Of a stretch of 64,000 nt of DNA, positions 25,090-37,318 are shown one piece after another. The position numbers and the translations under genes were made by a program. The stretch is taken from the NCBI RefSeq assembly GCF_006345805.1, contig NC_043022.1:12152001-12216000 (forward strand), given 5' to 3'. Positions within the stretch are counted from its first letter, which is position 1, and each line of letters begins with the position of its first letter. This DNA is from Octopus sinensis (taxonomy: Eukaryota). The notes beneath the pieces are model-generated. The model saw only the letters and a program-made list of their open reading frames with translations, did no database searches and was not told the origin of the DNA.

Positions 25090-25500
25090 TTATGTCTCCG
25101 AATGATATAATTAGAATGCATTTTGACGCGGCTAGCTTCCTGTGACAGCTGGAGCCTATACGTCTATAACTGCGGGGACGAGGAGCGGCCCCGACGGAAG
25201 CAGATCCCCAATCTGAGACGCGACGTGATGCGACATGTTCTCCGGTTTCAACCTCGCCGCATCAGCTCCAAACCCGGATATCGCCGCCCGTAACGCAAAG
25301 GAGAGAAAGATCAACAAATACAGGAGCCTTACTGGTCGCGATCAGTTTGCGTCCTCGTGTTCTCAGACCCCATTCTGCCGATTTCCTCTGCAAAATCGAG
25401 ATAATGAACCCGTCCGAGAAATGAGCTCCGCGAGGTGCGGGTGGGTGTTGCAGTGTGTGTCGCCGATCATTCTGCGCGGCAACACCTTTGCAATTAACGT
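25090..25500 (+). mobile_element. Decayed CRE-clade-like non-LTR retrotransposon, restriction-like endonuclease domain
   Basis: Reconstructed across stops/frameshifts: NDIIRMHFDAASFL*QLEP...RPDG...I*DAT*CDMFSGFNLAASA...AARNAKERKINKY. Confidence 0.65.
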
Positions 25501-26959
25501 TCGCAAGGTGCGGCTGAACCCATAATTTCTTCTGGGGGTATACAACCCGTAACCCTCTTCCCACCATCTGCTGCTTAATCCCCTCCCTTTTTTTCTCTTT
25601 GTTTCCTTAGTGAGGCAGATATCGGGTTTTTCTCTCGATAATTTTATCTAGGCGGCGAGTTGGCTGAACCGTTAGCACGCCGGGCGAAATGCGTAGCCGT
25701 ATTTCGTCTGCCGCTACGTTCTGAGTTCAAATTCCGCCGAGGTCAACTTTGCCTTTCATCCTTTCGGGGTCGATAAATTAAGTACCAGTTACGCACTGGG
25801 GTCGATATAATCAACTTAATCCCTTTGTCTGTCCTTGTTTGTCCTCTCTGTGTTTAGCCCCTTGTGGGAAATAAAGAAATAGGTATACAACCCGTTACCC
25901 TCCTCCCACCATCTGCTGCTTAATTCCCCTTTTTTTCTCTTTGTTTCCTTGGTGAGATAGTTATTGGGGTTTTTTCTCTCGATAATTTCATCTTTTATAC
26001 ATTTACTATTTTTTCTTCTTTTCTTAATAAATATTTTGATTAGTTTTAAACCAACAATAGTTGTCTCCCTTGCACTGGACTAAGTTTTGTAGCATTTAAT
26101 AAGACACACGGACACACAAAATCTCTTGTTTTCTTGATTCTAGATGCAAAAAAATCAACCACCAATTAAAAATATATTTCCAGAAACAAAAAATTTGAAT
26201 TTAGTTAATATTCAGGTGCAGGCATAAATGTGTGGTTAAGAAACTCGCTTTGCAACCATATGGTTTCAGGTTCAGTCCCACCGTGTGGCTTGTTGGGCGA
26301 GGGTTTTTTTCTACTGTAGCCCTGGGCCAATGCCTTGTGAGTGAATTTAGTGGACAGATAGTGTAGAAGTCCATTTTTGTTGTTTTTCATATTATTTTCT
26401 TCGTTTTCATGAATGCTATTGTTTTCTCAAGTGGTGAGCTGGCAGAATTTGTTAGAACATAGGAAAGAGATACCTTGTGGTATTTGTCCTAGTTCTTTAC
26501 TTTATGAGTTCAAATCTTGTCATGGTCGAACTTTAACTTTCATCCTTTAAGGGTGTCTTTTAATAAACCGTCATTTTTGACGGTTACTACGCTTGTATGC
26601 ATGTATTAAACATGCCCAATAATGAAAGTATTTAAAGAACAAACGTACTCGGTTTTCAGTATTGTAAAGAAACTGATAGCTCCAGAAATTCACGAAGAAA
26701 ATATATATAAATTAAAAAATGCAAATATGCGAAAAGGTAGAGCGAGAAGAATATAGGTGAACAAAATCAAACGAGTATTAGAAAAATGAGGAACTTGCAA
26801 GATATTTACACCGGGGAAAACTGTGCACAACACCGGTTCTACACAACAAACAGAAACTTCGTCTTGAAAATTGTTCTGTAAATAGAAATGTTGCAATATT
26901 TGTGGAGATGAAGCTGGACTGTTTGGTTTTTGTTGGTGATCGATGATCGTGTGATAAAG

Positions 26960-27064
26960 ATGGCCAGCAACAGAGGCAAGAATTTGGCCAAACGACGGGG
27001 GAAAACCCGATTCTGGCTTCAAGACAGAAAATCTGTGAACGATGTCGACGGTTGGGGAAAACAC
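26960..27064 (+). CDS. REV1: REV1 exon 1
   Basis: MASNRGK...DGWGKH/gtaagg; DGW..(W/H)GGYM junction as in vertebrate REV1; start codon inferred. Confidence 0.75.
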
Positions 27065-30000
27065 GTAAGGATTATTATTATTATTATTAAATCAACTTCT
27101 TCTTCTTCTTCTACTTTCCTCTTTGGTCAAGGCCTCATCAACTTTTTCAAGTTTCACTTGAAAAGGAAGATGAGGTTAGAGGGGAGAGTGCTGTCCGATA
27201 GCAAGTTTTATGAAAGGTGGGTGAATTGTGCGAGAATGGCCTGTATAAATGGACCAGTTCTCAGGTTTCGCCTGTGATTTCAAAGAAAAAGGTAATGTAA
27301 AAGGAGAAGAAAGGGGACTCTCTACACCCCTTCTTGACCAGGCTCCCGTTGGCTTTTATGGGTTTTTTTCCACCAGGAACCTTTCGTAACGCCTCCCCCT
27401 TTTGGGAGTTTTTCGTTGTTATATTTGATTGTTATACAGTTTTTACTCGATTTTTTTCACAAACTGACAAAACCCTTTGTAACCTTTCGTCCTGTTTTGT
27501 CCCTTTATGTTTACCAATCATGTGTGTCAGCCCTTGCGGCCAATAAAAAGAATTAATTATTATTATTATTATTTCTAAATTCTGCCGAGGTCGACTTTGT
27601 CTTTCCTTCTTGCTAAAATAAGTACCAGTCATGTACTGAGGTCGGGTGTAATTGACAAGTTCCCCTGCCCCACAGTGTCAGGCTTTGGGCCTAAGTTCTG
27701 TCTCTCATAAGTTTTAAATAAACTGCAACCATAATCGTTTAAAGGAGGAGGGGTTGTCCTTTTATCTATTTTTTAAATATTACACATAGAAAAATTAACG
27801 TCTTCAGATTTTTCTTTATAAATTTGGTCATCGGAGATTCGGAATCTCTTCCAAATTTCTTTTAAAATTTTGTTTTTTTAATAAAAAATTAATTAACGTT
27901 AAGAAATTTAAAACTGTTTTCTGTCTTTTTAAAAAAATTTTTAATTATGTTTCCATTTACTAATGCAAAAACGTAACATACTTTGGGTTCATCACCACAA
28001 ATTAAAAGTGGAAATTATCGTAAACGATCAACATTTGAAGTTTTGCTTTATAAAATAAAGAAGAAAAAAAGTTTTTCGAAAATGGAAAAAGATAAAAATT
28101 AAAGGCAAGGAAAACAATAAATTTGAAAAGTTTATCTATATTCGGACATAATCATAATCTTCCTTGTTGAAAACACAAGAATTTGAGGAACTTTTTTTTA
28201 CATCTTAATCCCTAAAACAAAACGAATTTATTTTGGAGACTTTCAGTAAATGAAATAGGACAGTACTGAACACACGTTGTATCATTTTGACAACTTAAAC
28301 AACTGCTATAAGATACTCGCGTTCGTTATCCTTGTAATTAACCCCCCCACACACACATATATTCGCCATCATCATCATTTAACATCCACTTTTTCATGCT
28401 CACAAGAGTCGGATGAAATTTGTGGAGGCAAATGTTCTACGGCCTGATGATGCCCTTCCTGTTGCCAACCCTCACCTTTTCCCAAGTAAGGTAGTATTTT
28501 GCCATAGCTAGATATGTTTTTCATGGAAGACTGGGAGCAAACAATTTTGCTTGTATGACAATGATGTTTATTTACAACCATCATGTAATGTCAAGACAAA
28601 TAATAATAATGAAATTATTGTATACAGTGCTCAGGTGCACCACAACTTGTCAGAAAGTGCATATAAAGTGTATGCAGTAATGTACAAATGTCTGGAAAGC
28701 GAACAATGTATGAGTCAGATACATGCTTGTGTGTGTATGGAGGGGAAGAGAAGATCAGGTGTAGTGTTGGCGAATCTCAGAAAGCATGGAAGTTTTGAAG
28801 AATGCAGTGCTCCGACAACTAACAACTGATGGTGGGTAAACACGATATTTTTCTCTACTGTTGCTTGGAAACAGGTGAGGGTTGGCAACAGGAAGAGCAT
28901 CCAGTTGAAGAAAATCTACCTCAACAAATTCTGTCTGTCTATGCAAACATGGAAAACAGTTAAATGATGATGATGATGATGATGTTGATCGTATGTAATG
29001 TGTGTGTGTATATGTGTACCACATCATCTGTTACAGGGTGGTTATATGAATGCCAAGAAGAAGAAATTGAACGACCAATTCCAGTCCGTTGCCTTTAGTG
29101 AGTTACAGAAGACAAGCCATTGTTCAGATATCTTCAAAGACGTAACAATATACATTAATGGTTATACAAGTAAGTCTTCTCAACTCCTTTCTCCTATGCT
29201 TATTTTTTATTTTTTTAATGTGTTTTTTTAAAATATTATTTCACTTCATTTATCTGAGAAAAATCCAAATTATCCTAATTGTTATTATTTCCCTTTTTGA
29301 TTGATGTGCTGATGTAATCCTAGATGTAGTATGTCAGAACAAAAGATGAGATGGTCATGGCCGGAACATTTTAATCATAGGTTTGCTGGATCAGGGCTGA
29401 TCTGGGTTAAAAACAACAACAGGGATGATGTAGTTCTAAATACACAGTGTCTGAACAAAAGATGGATTGGTCGTGACTGGAACATCTTTGAACATAGGTT
29501 TGTTTGATCAAAGCTAATCTAGGCTTAACCCTTTAGTGTTTAAACCGGCCATATCTGGCCCAGATATTCTACATGTTTTATATTCCAACTAGCCATATCT
29601 AGCCTCTCACACCTACCCTACAATGTCATTCTAAAAATAAACAATCACATCATTGAAACCTCAAAGCTATAAGATAATGCATGATTAATTCAAAACAATT
29701 GAGTAAAAAAATATTACATTTAACAGAGTAATCTGAACACTAAAGGGTTAAACAACACTTAAGATAATGTAACCCTAGATACACCATGTCTGAACAAAAG
29801 ATGGGATGGATGACAGCTGAAGCACTTTTACTCATAGGTCTGCTGGGGCTGGATTGACCTTGGGCTAAACAGCAAAAGCATTGTATACAAACAAAAGTTG
29901 TGTAATTGTTACCAAGTGATGAGTGAAATGTGTTTGTATTGGCAGAACCAAGCAGTGATGAGCTGAAACGATTGATGATGATCCATGGAGGACATTGGGA

Positions 30001-30745
30001 GATGTACCTGAGCAAGAAGAACGTCACGCACATAATTACAACCAATTTAGCTCAAAGCAAGATTGCTGCCCTCAGGAATTACAAAGTTGTTCACCCTGAC
30101 TGGATACTAAAGAGGTAACCCTGCTTTTTCTGTTTCATTTGTAACTGATTGTAACTGGAACAGCTTCAGTCATCATCATTGTTTTAATGTTCACATTTGG
30201 CGGTGCCCCAGCATGGCCACAGCTCGTGAGCTGAAACTAGATAAAATAAAATAAAATAAATTTCCATGTTTACATGGGTTGGGCAGAGTTTATTGAGGCA
30301 GGATTACTATGTCCTTCCTGTCACCTGACTGGTCCCATGCTGGTGGCATGTAAAAAGCACCCACCACACTCTTGGAGTGGTTGGCATTAGGAAGGGCATC
30401 CAGCTGTAGAAACCTTGCCAGATCACATTGGAGCCTGGTGCAGCATCCTGGCTTGCCAGTCCTCAGTCAAACCGTCCAACTCATGCCAGCATGGAAAATG
30501 GACATTAAACGATGACGATGATTATTATTATTATTATTATTATTATGTTTTTTCCTTCTTTCTTCAAATTTCTTTCCATTTCTCACCGAGTGTTTTCCAT
30601 ACACCTAGGGCAGAGAAGCTTATTGTATGCATTCCCAGATTACACACGCAAATTCACTGATAAAATATGTATTTAAAAATTAATAAATAAATAAATTCAT
30701 GGATAGATGTTGTTTTCACAGCAATAATGCTCTTATTATTATTCA

Positions 30746-30779
<34 letters not shown>

Positions 30780-30789
30780 TTATTCATCA

Positions 30790-30824
<35 letters not shown>

Positions 30825-33800
30825 GCTGATGTTATGGTTATCTTGTTATTTCTACAGTATTGAAGCTGAAAGATTGCTACCATGCCAACCATTTCTGCTC
30901 TACTCAGCTCAGTCCAAGATGCAAAGAGGAATTGCACAGTTTTCCACTTCTCTCCCCAAGGCTGAGGCATCGAAAGAGGGACCAACTCATTTGGAGGCTT
31001 CTAGGGACTTTCATCTGACAGAAACGTCAACACCATCCAGCAACAACAACAACACTGAGGTAAAAGTAAGTAATAAGCTCTGACATTAAGGTGCAGCCAT
31101 GGCTCTGTGGTTGAGACCCCTACTTCCCAACCGTCTTGGGTTTGGTTCCAGTGCATGGCACCCTGGGCGAATGTTTTCTTCTATAACCCTGGGCCAACTA
31201 AAACCTTGTGAGTGGATTTGGTAGATGGACACCAAAAGAAGCCTACCAGATTTGGTAGAAAGAAACTGGAAGAAGCTCATCGTATATATATATATATATA
31301 TATATCATCATCATTTAACGTCTGTTTTCTACGCTAGCATGGGTTGGACGGTTTGACCGGGGTCTGGGAAGCCAGGAGGCTGCACCAGACTCCAGTCTGA
31401 TCTGGCAGTGTTTCTACAGCTGGATGCCCTTCCTAATACCAACCACTCTGTGAGTGTAGTGGGTGCTTTTTACGTGCCACCAGCACAGGTGCCAGGGGAG
31501 TCTGGTACCGGCCACGATCGGTCGGTGCTTTTAACGAGCCACCGGCACGGAAGCCAGTCGGGTCAGCACTGGCAGCGGCCACGTTTGGATGGTTCTCTTA
31601 TGTGCCACCGGCACTGGTATCACAGATACAATTTCCATTGATGCTGATCGATTTTGATTTTGATTTTCACTTGCCTCAACAAGTCTTCATAAGTAGAGTT
31701 TTGTGTCCCAAGAAGGAAAGCTATGCATAAGTGGACTGAGGCCATGGGTTATGAGATAGATAGATAGATAGATAGATAGATATGCATGTGTGTGTGTGTG
31801 TAAAAACCACTCAGTACACTCTGTAAAGTGGTTGGCATTAGGAAAGGCATCTAACCATAGAAACCATGCTATAACAGACAACTGGAGTCCGGACAGCACC
31901 CCCGTCTGAAAGCTCCATGTCAAACTGTCCGACCTATGCCAGCATGGAAAACAGACGTTAAATAATGATGTGAGACTCCTCATCTTGATATTGGTTTCTA
32001 ATTTTGGCACAAGGCCAGCAGTTTTGTGAAAAGTTCCTAGTCAATTCAATTAACCCCAATGATGAACTGGTACTTATTTTATTGAGCCTGAAAGGATAAA
32101 AGGCAAAGTCAACCTCGGCGGAATTTGAACTCAGAACATAGAGACAGACAAAATGCTGCTAAGCATACTAACGATTCTGCCAGCTCACTGCCTTCTTCAT
32201 CTTGATGTGATAGTTGTAACCAAGTGTCACCGTCACATGTAGCGCTCTTCGTTTGCAATCTACCATGGAAACATGTCTGGTCATGGGGAAATAACACCTT
32301 GCTTGGAAATAAGTGAGGTTTGGTGACAGGAAGTGTATCTAAACCTCTTGATATTTTTTCCTTAATAAATATCATTATTTGTTCATTTAAAATTACAGCC
32401 TCTGTCATTAATTTCTTTAATTAAACTAGGAGAGAAGTGGTCCCCCTGAGCTAAAGATTGTCCACAGTGGAAGTTCTGATGATCTCTTCTTCTCCAGCTC
32501 AGACAACTTGTCTCAAGAATCTAATCAGGAAACGAAATGTAAAACCAACATCTCAACTAAAAATGAGGTCTTAACAGAGGCTGTTTCTCTGTCTGCTGTA
32601 ACCAAGGCAACGTCAATGACAACAACAACGACAACGACAACGACAGTTACGCCTTCTGAAGAATGTCCTACGTTGATCGTCGTATCCTCCGACTCTGAGA
32701 AAGAAGATGAAATTGTCGTTACTGATCATGTGAAGAAAGTTGACACATTACCACCAAACAACAACAACAACGATAGCAGCATCAACACCACCACAACTTT
32801 ATCAACAAATACAGGTTTGTTACAGTTAGAATCATCATCACCACCACCATCATCATCATCATCATCCATCCAGCCCTTTTACCCTTCTTCTCATGCTAGT
32901 GTAAGTCTGGACCATCCAACATGAAGAGACACGCCAAAGGGCCGTGTCAAATTCTAATGTCTGTTTTGGCATGGTTTCTATGGCTGGATAACCTTCCTAA
33001 TGCCAACCACTTAACAGAGTGTGCTGGGTGCCTTTTACGTGGCACCAGTACTTATGAGGTCATTAAATACCCACGAGCTGGCAGAAACGTTAGCACGTCG
33101 GACAAAATGCGTAGCTGTATTTTGTCTGCCGTTACGTTCTGAGTTCAGATTCCGCCGAGGTCGACTTTGCCTTTCATCCTTTCGGGGTAGATAAATTAAG
33201 TACCAGTTACGCACTGGGGTTGATATCTGACCTTGTTTAGCTCCTTGTTGGTAGTAAAGAAATAATTAAATACCCACAAGACAAGACCCCTACCTCAGTT
33301 GAGTTGGTTATAGAAGTGAGGGGTAAGTGACTATGATAGAGGGGCAGGATTAGGGTGTCTTGCTGAAGGAGTGAATGCATGGCTTGTCCTACTGGAAAGA
33401 GAGAGGGAGAGAAAGAGGGATGAGGTTAAGGCACAAGGTGAATGTGAGAAAGGGAATAGAAGAGAGGAGAAGAAAAGATGGATGTGCGAGAGTAGTGTGA
33501 GAGATGATTAGAAATAGGGAATGAGTTGGATGTAAAGGAATATCAGTTCAGTGTATGTGTGTGGGGGGGAGTGAAGCAGGGTAAATGGAGTGACACAGGA
33601 AGTTGATGGAAGAATTTGGTCGATAGAAGATGGGTTGTGAACAAGATGTTGTCCACAACTTATGTAGGAGAGCATTAATTCCAAATAAGGACTGACTTAG
33701 AAGATCATGATATTCTATCTGACTCATACCGATTTGGAAACCAACTGCAGAATTGCAGCAATAACTCCTCCCCCTCCCTCCTCCTCATCCTCCCCCCATC

Positions 33801-36800
33801 ATCCTCACCACCACCACCACAAGGTACACTGTACACCTCTTTAAATTCCTTATGCTTTGCCCATTTCTGGGTACTAAGCATAATGTCTTATGCACCCCTT
33901 AGGTACCCAATTCATCCCCATGTTCCTGATATACTAGCTATACATGTGTACTAAGTGTAATGTCTTATGCACCTACAAGCTACCCAACACACCCTTTTAT
34001 GTGACTAATGCACTTGCCGAACCCCCGTACGATACCTTCTGCTTCCATATTACCCACAGGTGTCCAACACACGGGCAGTTCTCGAGCCCAAACTGCCCGG
34101 GATCCAAACTACCTCCAGCAGTTTTACACCAACTCTCGACTCCATCATCTTTCCACCTGGAAGGCCGAATGGAAAGATTATGTGAATAAACTAAAGTCAT
34201 CGAATACCAAGGAATTTCCCGGAAGACAGAAACTAAAAGATGTGTGCAGTAAGGTGCAGTCACCATCACTTACAGATTCCATTATGCACATTGATATGGA
34301 CTCCTTTTTTGTTGCTGTTGCAATGAGAGATCGTCCCCATTTGAAAGGTAACGTGCATTTTTTGTTTTTGCCTTCTTTTGTGTCTGTCAGTGCACGACCT
34401 GCATGGGTCGGATACTTTTGTAAATTTATATATTTGTCCTGATTGAGGAATATCTTCTTTTTATGAGATTTTTGTCTGAGAAGATCTAGTTGCTACATTA
34501 ATCAGGTCCAGAAACTGCATAAAAACTCATCATCATCATCATCATCATCATAATCATCGTTTAACGTCCGTCTTCCGTGTTAGCATGGGTGGGACGGTTT
34601 CACAAGAGCTGGCCAGGCCGAAACCTGCACCAGACTTCTGTGACTGTTTTGGCAGGATTTTTACAGCTGGCTGCCCTTCTTAACACCAACCACTCAGCAG
34701 AGTGTACTCGGTACTTTTTACGTGGCACAAGCATGGGCGAGGTCAGTTTTGGCAAGGTTTTTACAGCTGGATGCCGTTCAAAACACCAACCACTTTCATC
34801 ATCATTTAACATCCACCTTTTCTTGCATGCATGGGTCAAATGGAATTTGTCGAGGCAGGTTTTCCACAAATGGATGCCCTTTCGAGGAAGGTAATATGTC
34901 CCCATGGCCAGATATGTTTTCTCTGGGAGACTGGAAATGAACAATATCACTTGTTTGATGAAGATGCTTATTTACAACCATACAAACACATATTCACACA
35001 CTCTCATACATTCATATATCCCTCTCTCTCTTTCGGAGAGGCACTGAGCAGCTATACGCACACATACACACACGGCAGTAACTTCCACCTACCGAATTCA
35101 ATCACAAAGCTCCGGTCGGCTTCGGGGTATAGTGGAAGACACTTACCCAAAGTGCCACGCAGTGGGACTGAACCCGAAACCATGTAGCTAGGAAGCAAGC
35201 TCCCTAACCACACAGCCATGCCCGATATATATATACATATATACAACAGGCTTTTTGCAGTTTCCATCTACCAAATCCACTCACAAGGTTTTGGTCAGCT
35301 TGGGTTATAGTAGAAGACACTTGCCCAAGGTACTGTGCCCTGGGACTGAACCTTAGACCACATGGTTGGGAAGTAAACTTCTTCACCACACAGCAACGCC
35401 TGGGCCTCATGTGGTCCGTATTTTTAAGACAGCAGAGAGTTTGTTGAGAAAGATTAGGCAGATACATGTAGCATACCTAGTGATTACATACAAAGTTCCT
35501 CATCAACTCATTTGGTCCCTAATTAAGGACAGTAGAGAGTTTGTTGAGAAAGCCAGACTTAGCTAGTGATTACATGCAAGCACCCCACCTCCCGCTTCAT
35601 GTGATCCCTATTTTAACGACACTAGTGACTTATGATTGTTAAAGTTTTATACATTAAGTGATTCCATAAAAACTCCCTTGTAGTTTCATGTGGTCCCTTA
35701 AAATGTGTAAATTTGTAAAGCTGTCAAACAGTATTTTATCATAATTAATTAATTTTGTGTTTATTTTGTAATGCGTTAATAAACTAAACAAGAAAATATT
35801 TTCCAGATAAGCCTGTAGCTGTGACCCATAGTCGGAAAAAGGGGCCAAAGGAGAATAATCCTGGTGTAGACTTGGATTACGAAAGACAGCAGTGGTCAAA
35901 ACGCCGTCAAGAAAATGCTTTGAAGAAAATGGGACCGAATACGTGTCAGAGAAACACTTTAGCTCTGGATGAAGAATTTGAAGATGAAGAGGAAGGGAGT
36001 GAAGCAGAGGAAAAAGATGAAGACCTCGAGAATACTTCAAACGAGAAGAGACATTCTGTTAATAAGCAGAGTTTTAATTCTTTGTCTGAGATTGCTTCCT
36101 GTAACTACGTTGCTCGTCAAGTGAGTTAACGACTTTTTATATTGAAAATTGGTTAGTATTGGTTAGTAAGTCTAGTTCGTAATACTAGTTATGTACAGGT
36201 TAGTAATATTGGTTTTATTAATAATGGTTAGTATTGGTTAGTAAGTCTAGTTAGTAATACTAGTGAGGTACAGGTTAGTAATATTGGTTAGAATTGATTT
36301 GTAATATTGCTTATTATTGGTTAGTAAAACTGGTTAGTATAGACTAGTAATGCTGGGTAGGCATTGGTTAGTAGTATGGTTAGGGTTAGTTAGTAACAGT
36401 GGGGAGTATCGGTTAATAATACAGGCTAGTATTCATTAGTAATACCTGTAAATATTCGTTAGTAATACTGGTAGTTAGAAATACTAGTTAATATTTGATA
36501 TACATAATATTGGTTAATAATAATGGTTAATACCCTTGGCAGGGCAAAATGTTTCTATCTTTAAATTTTCTTTCATTTTATTAATGCTTTAAAAAATGCA
36601 ATTAAATACCTTTGTGACCAACAGCTCCATCATACCTTTGTGATCAATATTAGTAGCTCCATGAAATATTTGTGACTAATAGCCTTATATATCTGTAAAA
36701 TAATATATGACAATTATTCAATAGCCAAGATAAAACTTTGAGTTTCCGATGCCGAGGTGGAAGTCCACAACAGCATCTCTTCGGTTATTCATTGATTAAA

Positions 36801-37279
36801 TATTGGATTTTACTCACATTGATTGTTGTTTACCAATTCCAGTTTGGCCTCAAGAATGGAATGTTTGTTGGAGATGCTCTTAAACTTTGCCCAGACATCA
36901 TAACCATTCCCTATGAATTTGACAAATACCAAGCAGTGTCGAAGATCCTTTATGATACAGTTGCAAGGTATAATTTCAGTTTCCCTTAAATCTGAATTTT
37001 GTATTTAGGTACCATGAAGGTATTTTCTGCAGCTTGGGTTGAGGTTTGAACCCATGTATTTGATCATTATTTAACATTCAACAGGATTTAGGTGCATGCA
37101 TGGCGATGTGGTTAAGACATTCACTTTGCAATCATATGGCTTTGAATCCAGTAGCACTGCATGCTATTTTGGGCTAGTGTCTTTTGTTATACCCTAGGGC
37201 TAAATAAAGCTTTGTGGGTGAATTTGATCGATACAAACTGAAAGAATCCCATCTTGTAAACACACACACACACACACAA

Positions 37280-37318
<39 letters not shown>

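Noticed and set aside
26566-26585. Perfect 8-bp hairpin AACCGTCA-TTTT-TGACGGTT upstream of REV1
   Set aside because: Too short to separate from chance or a TE remnant
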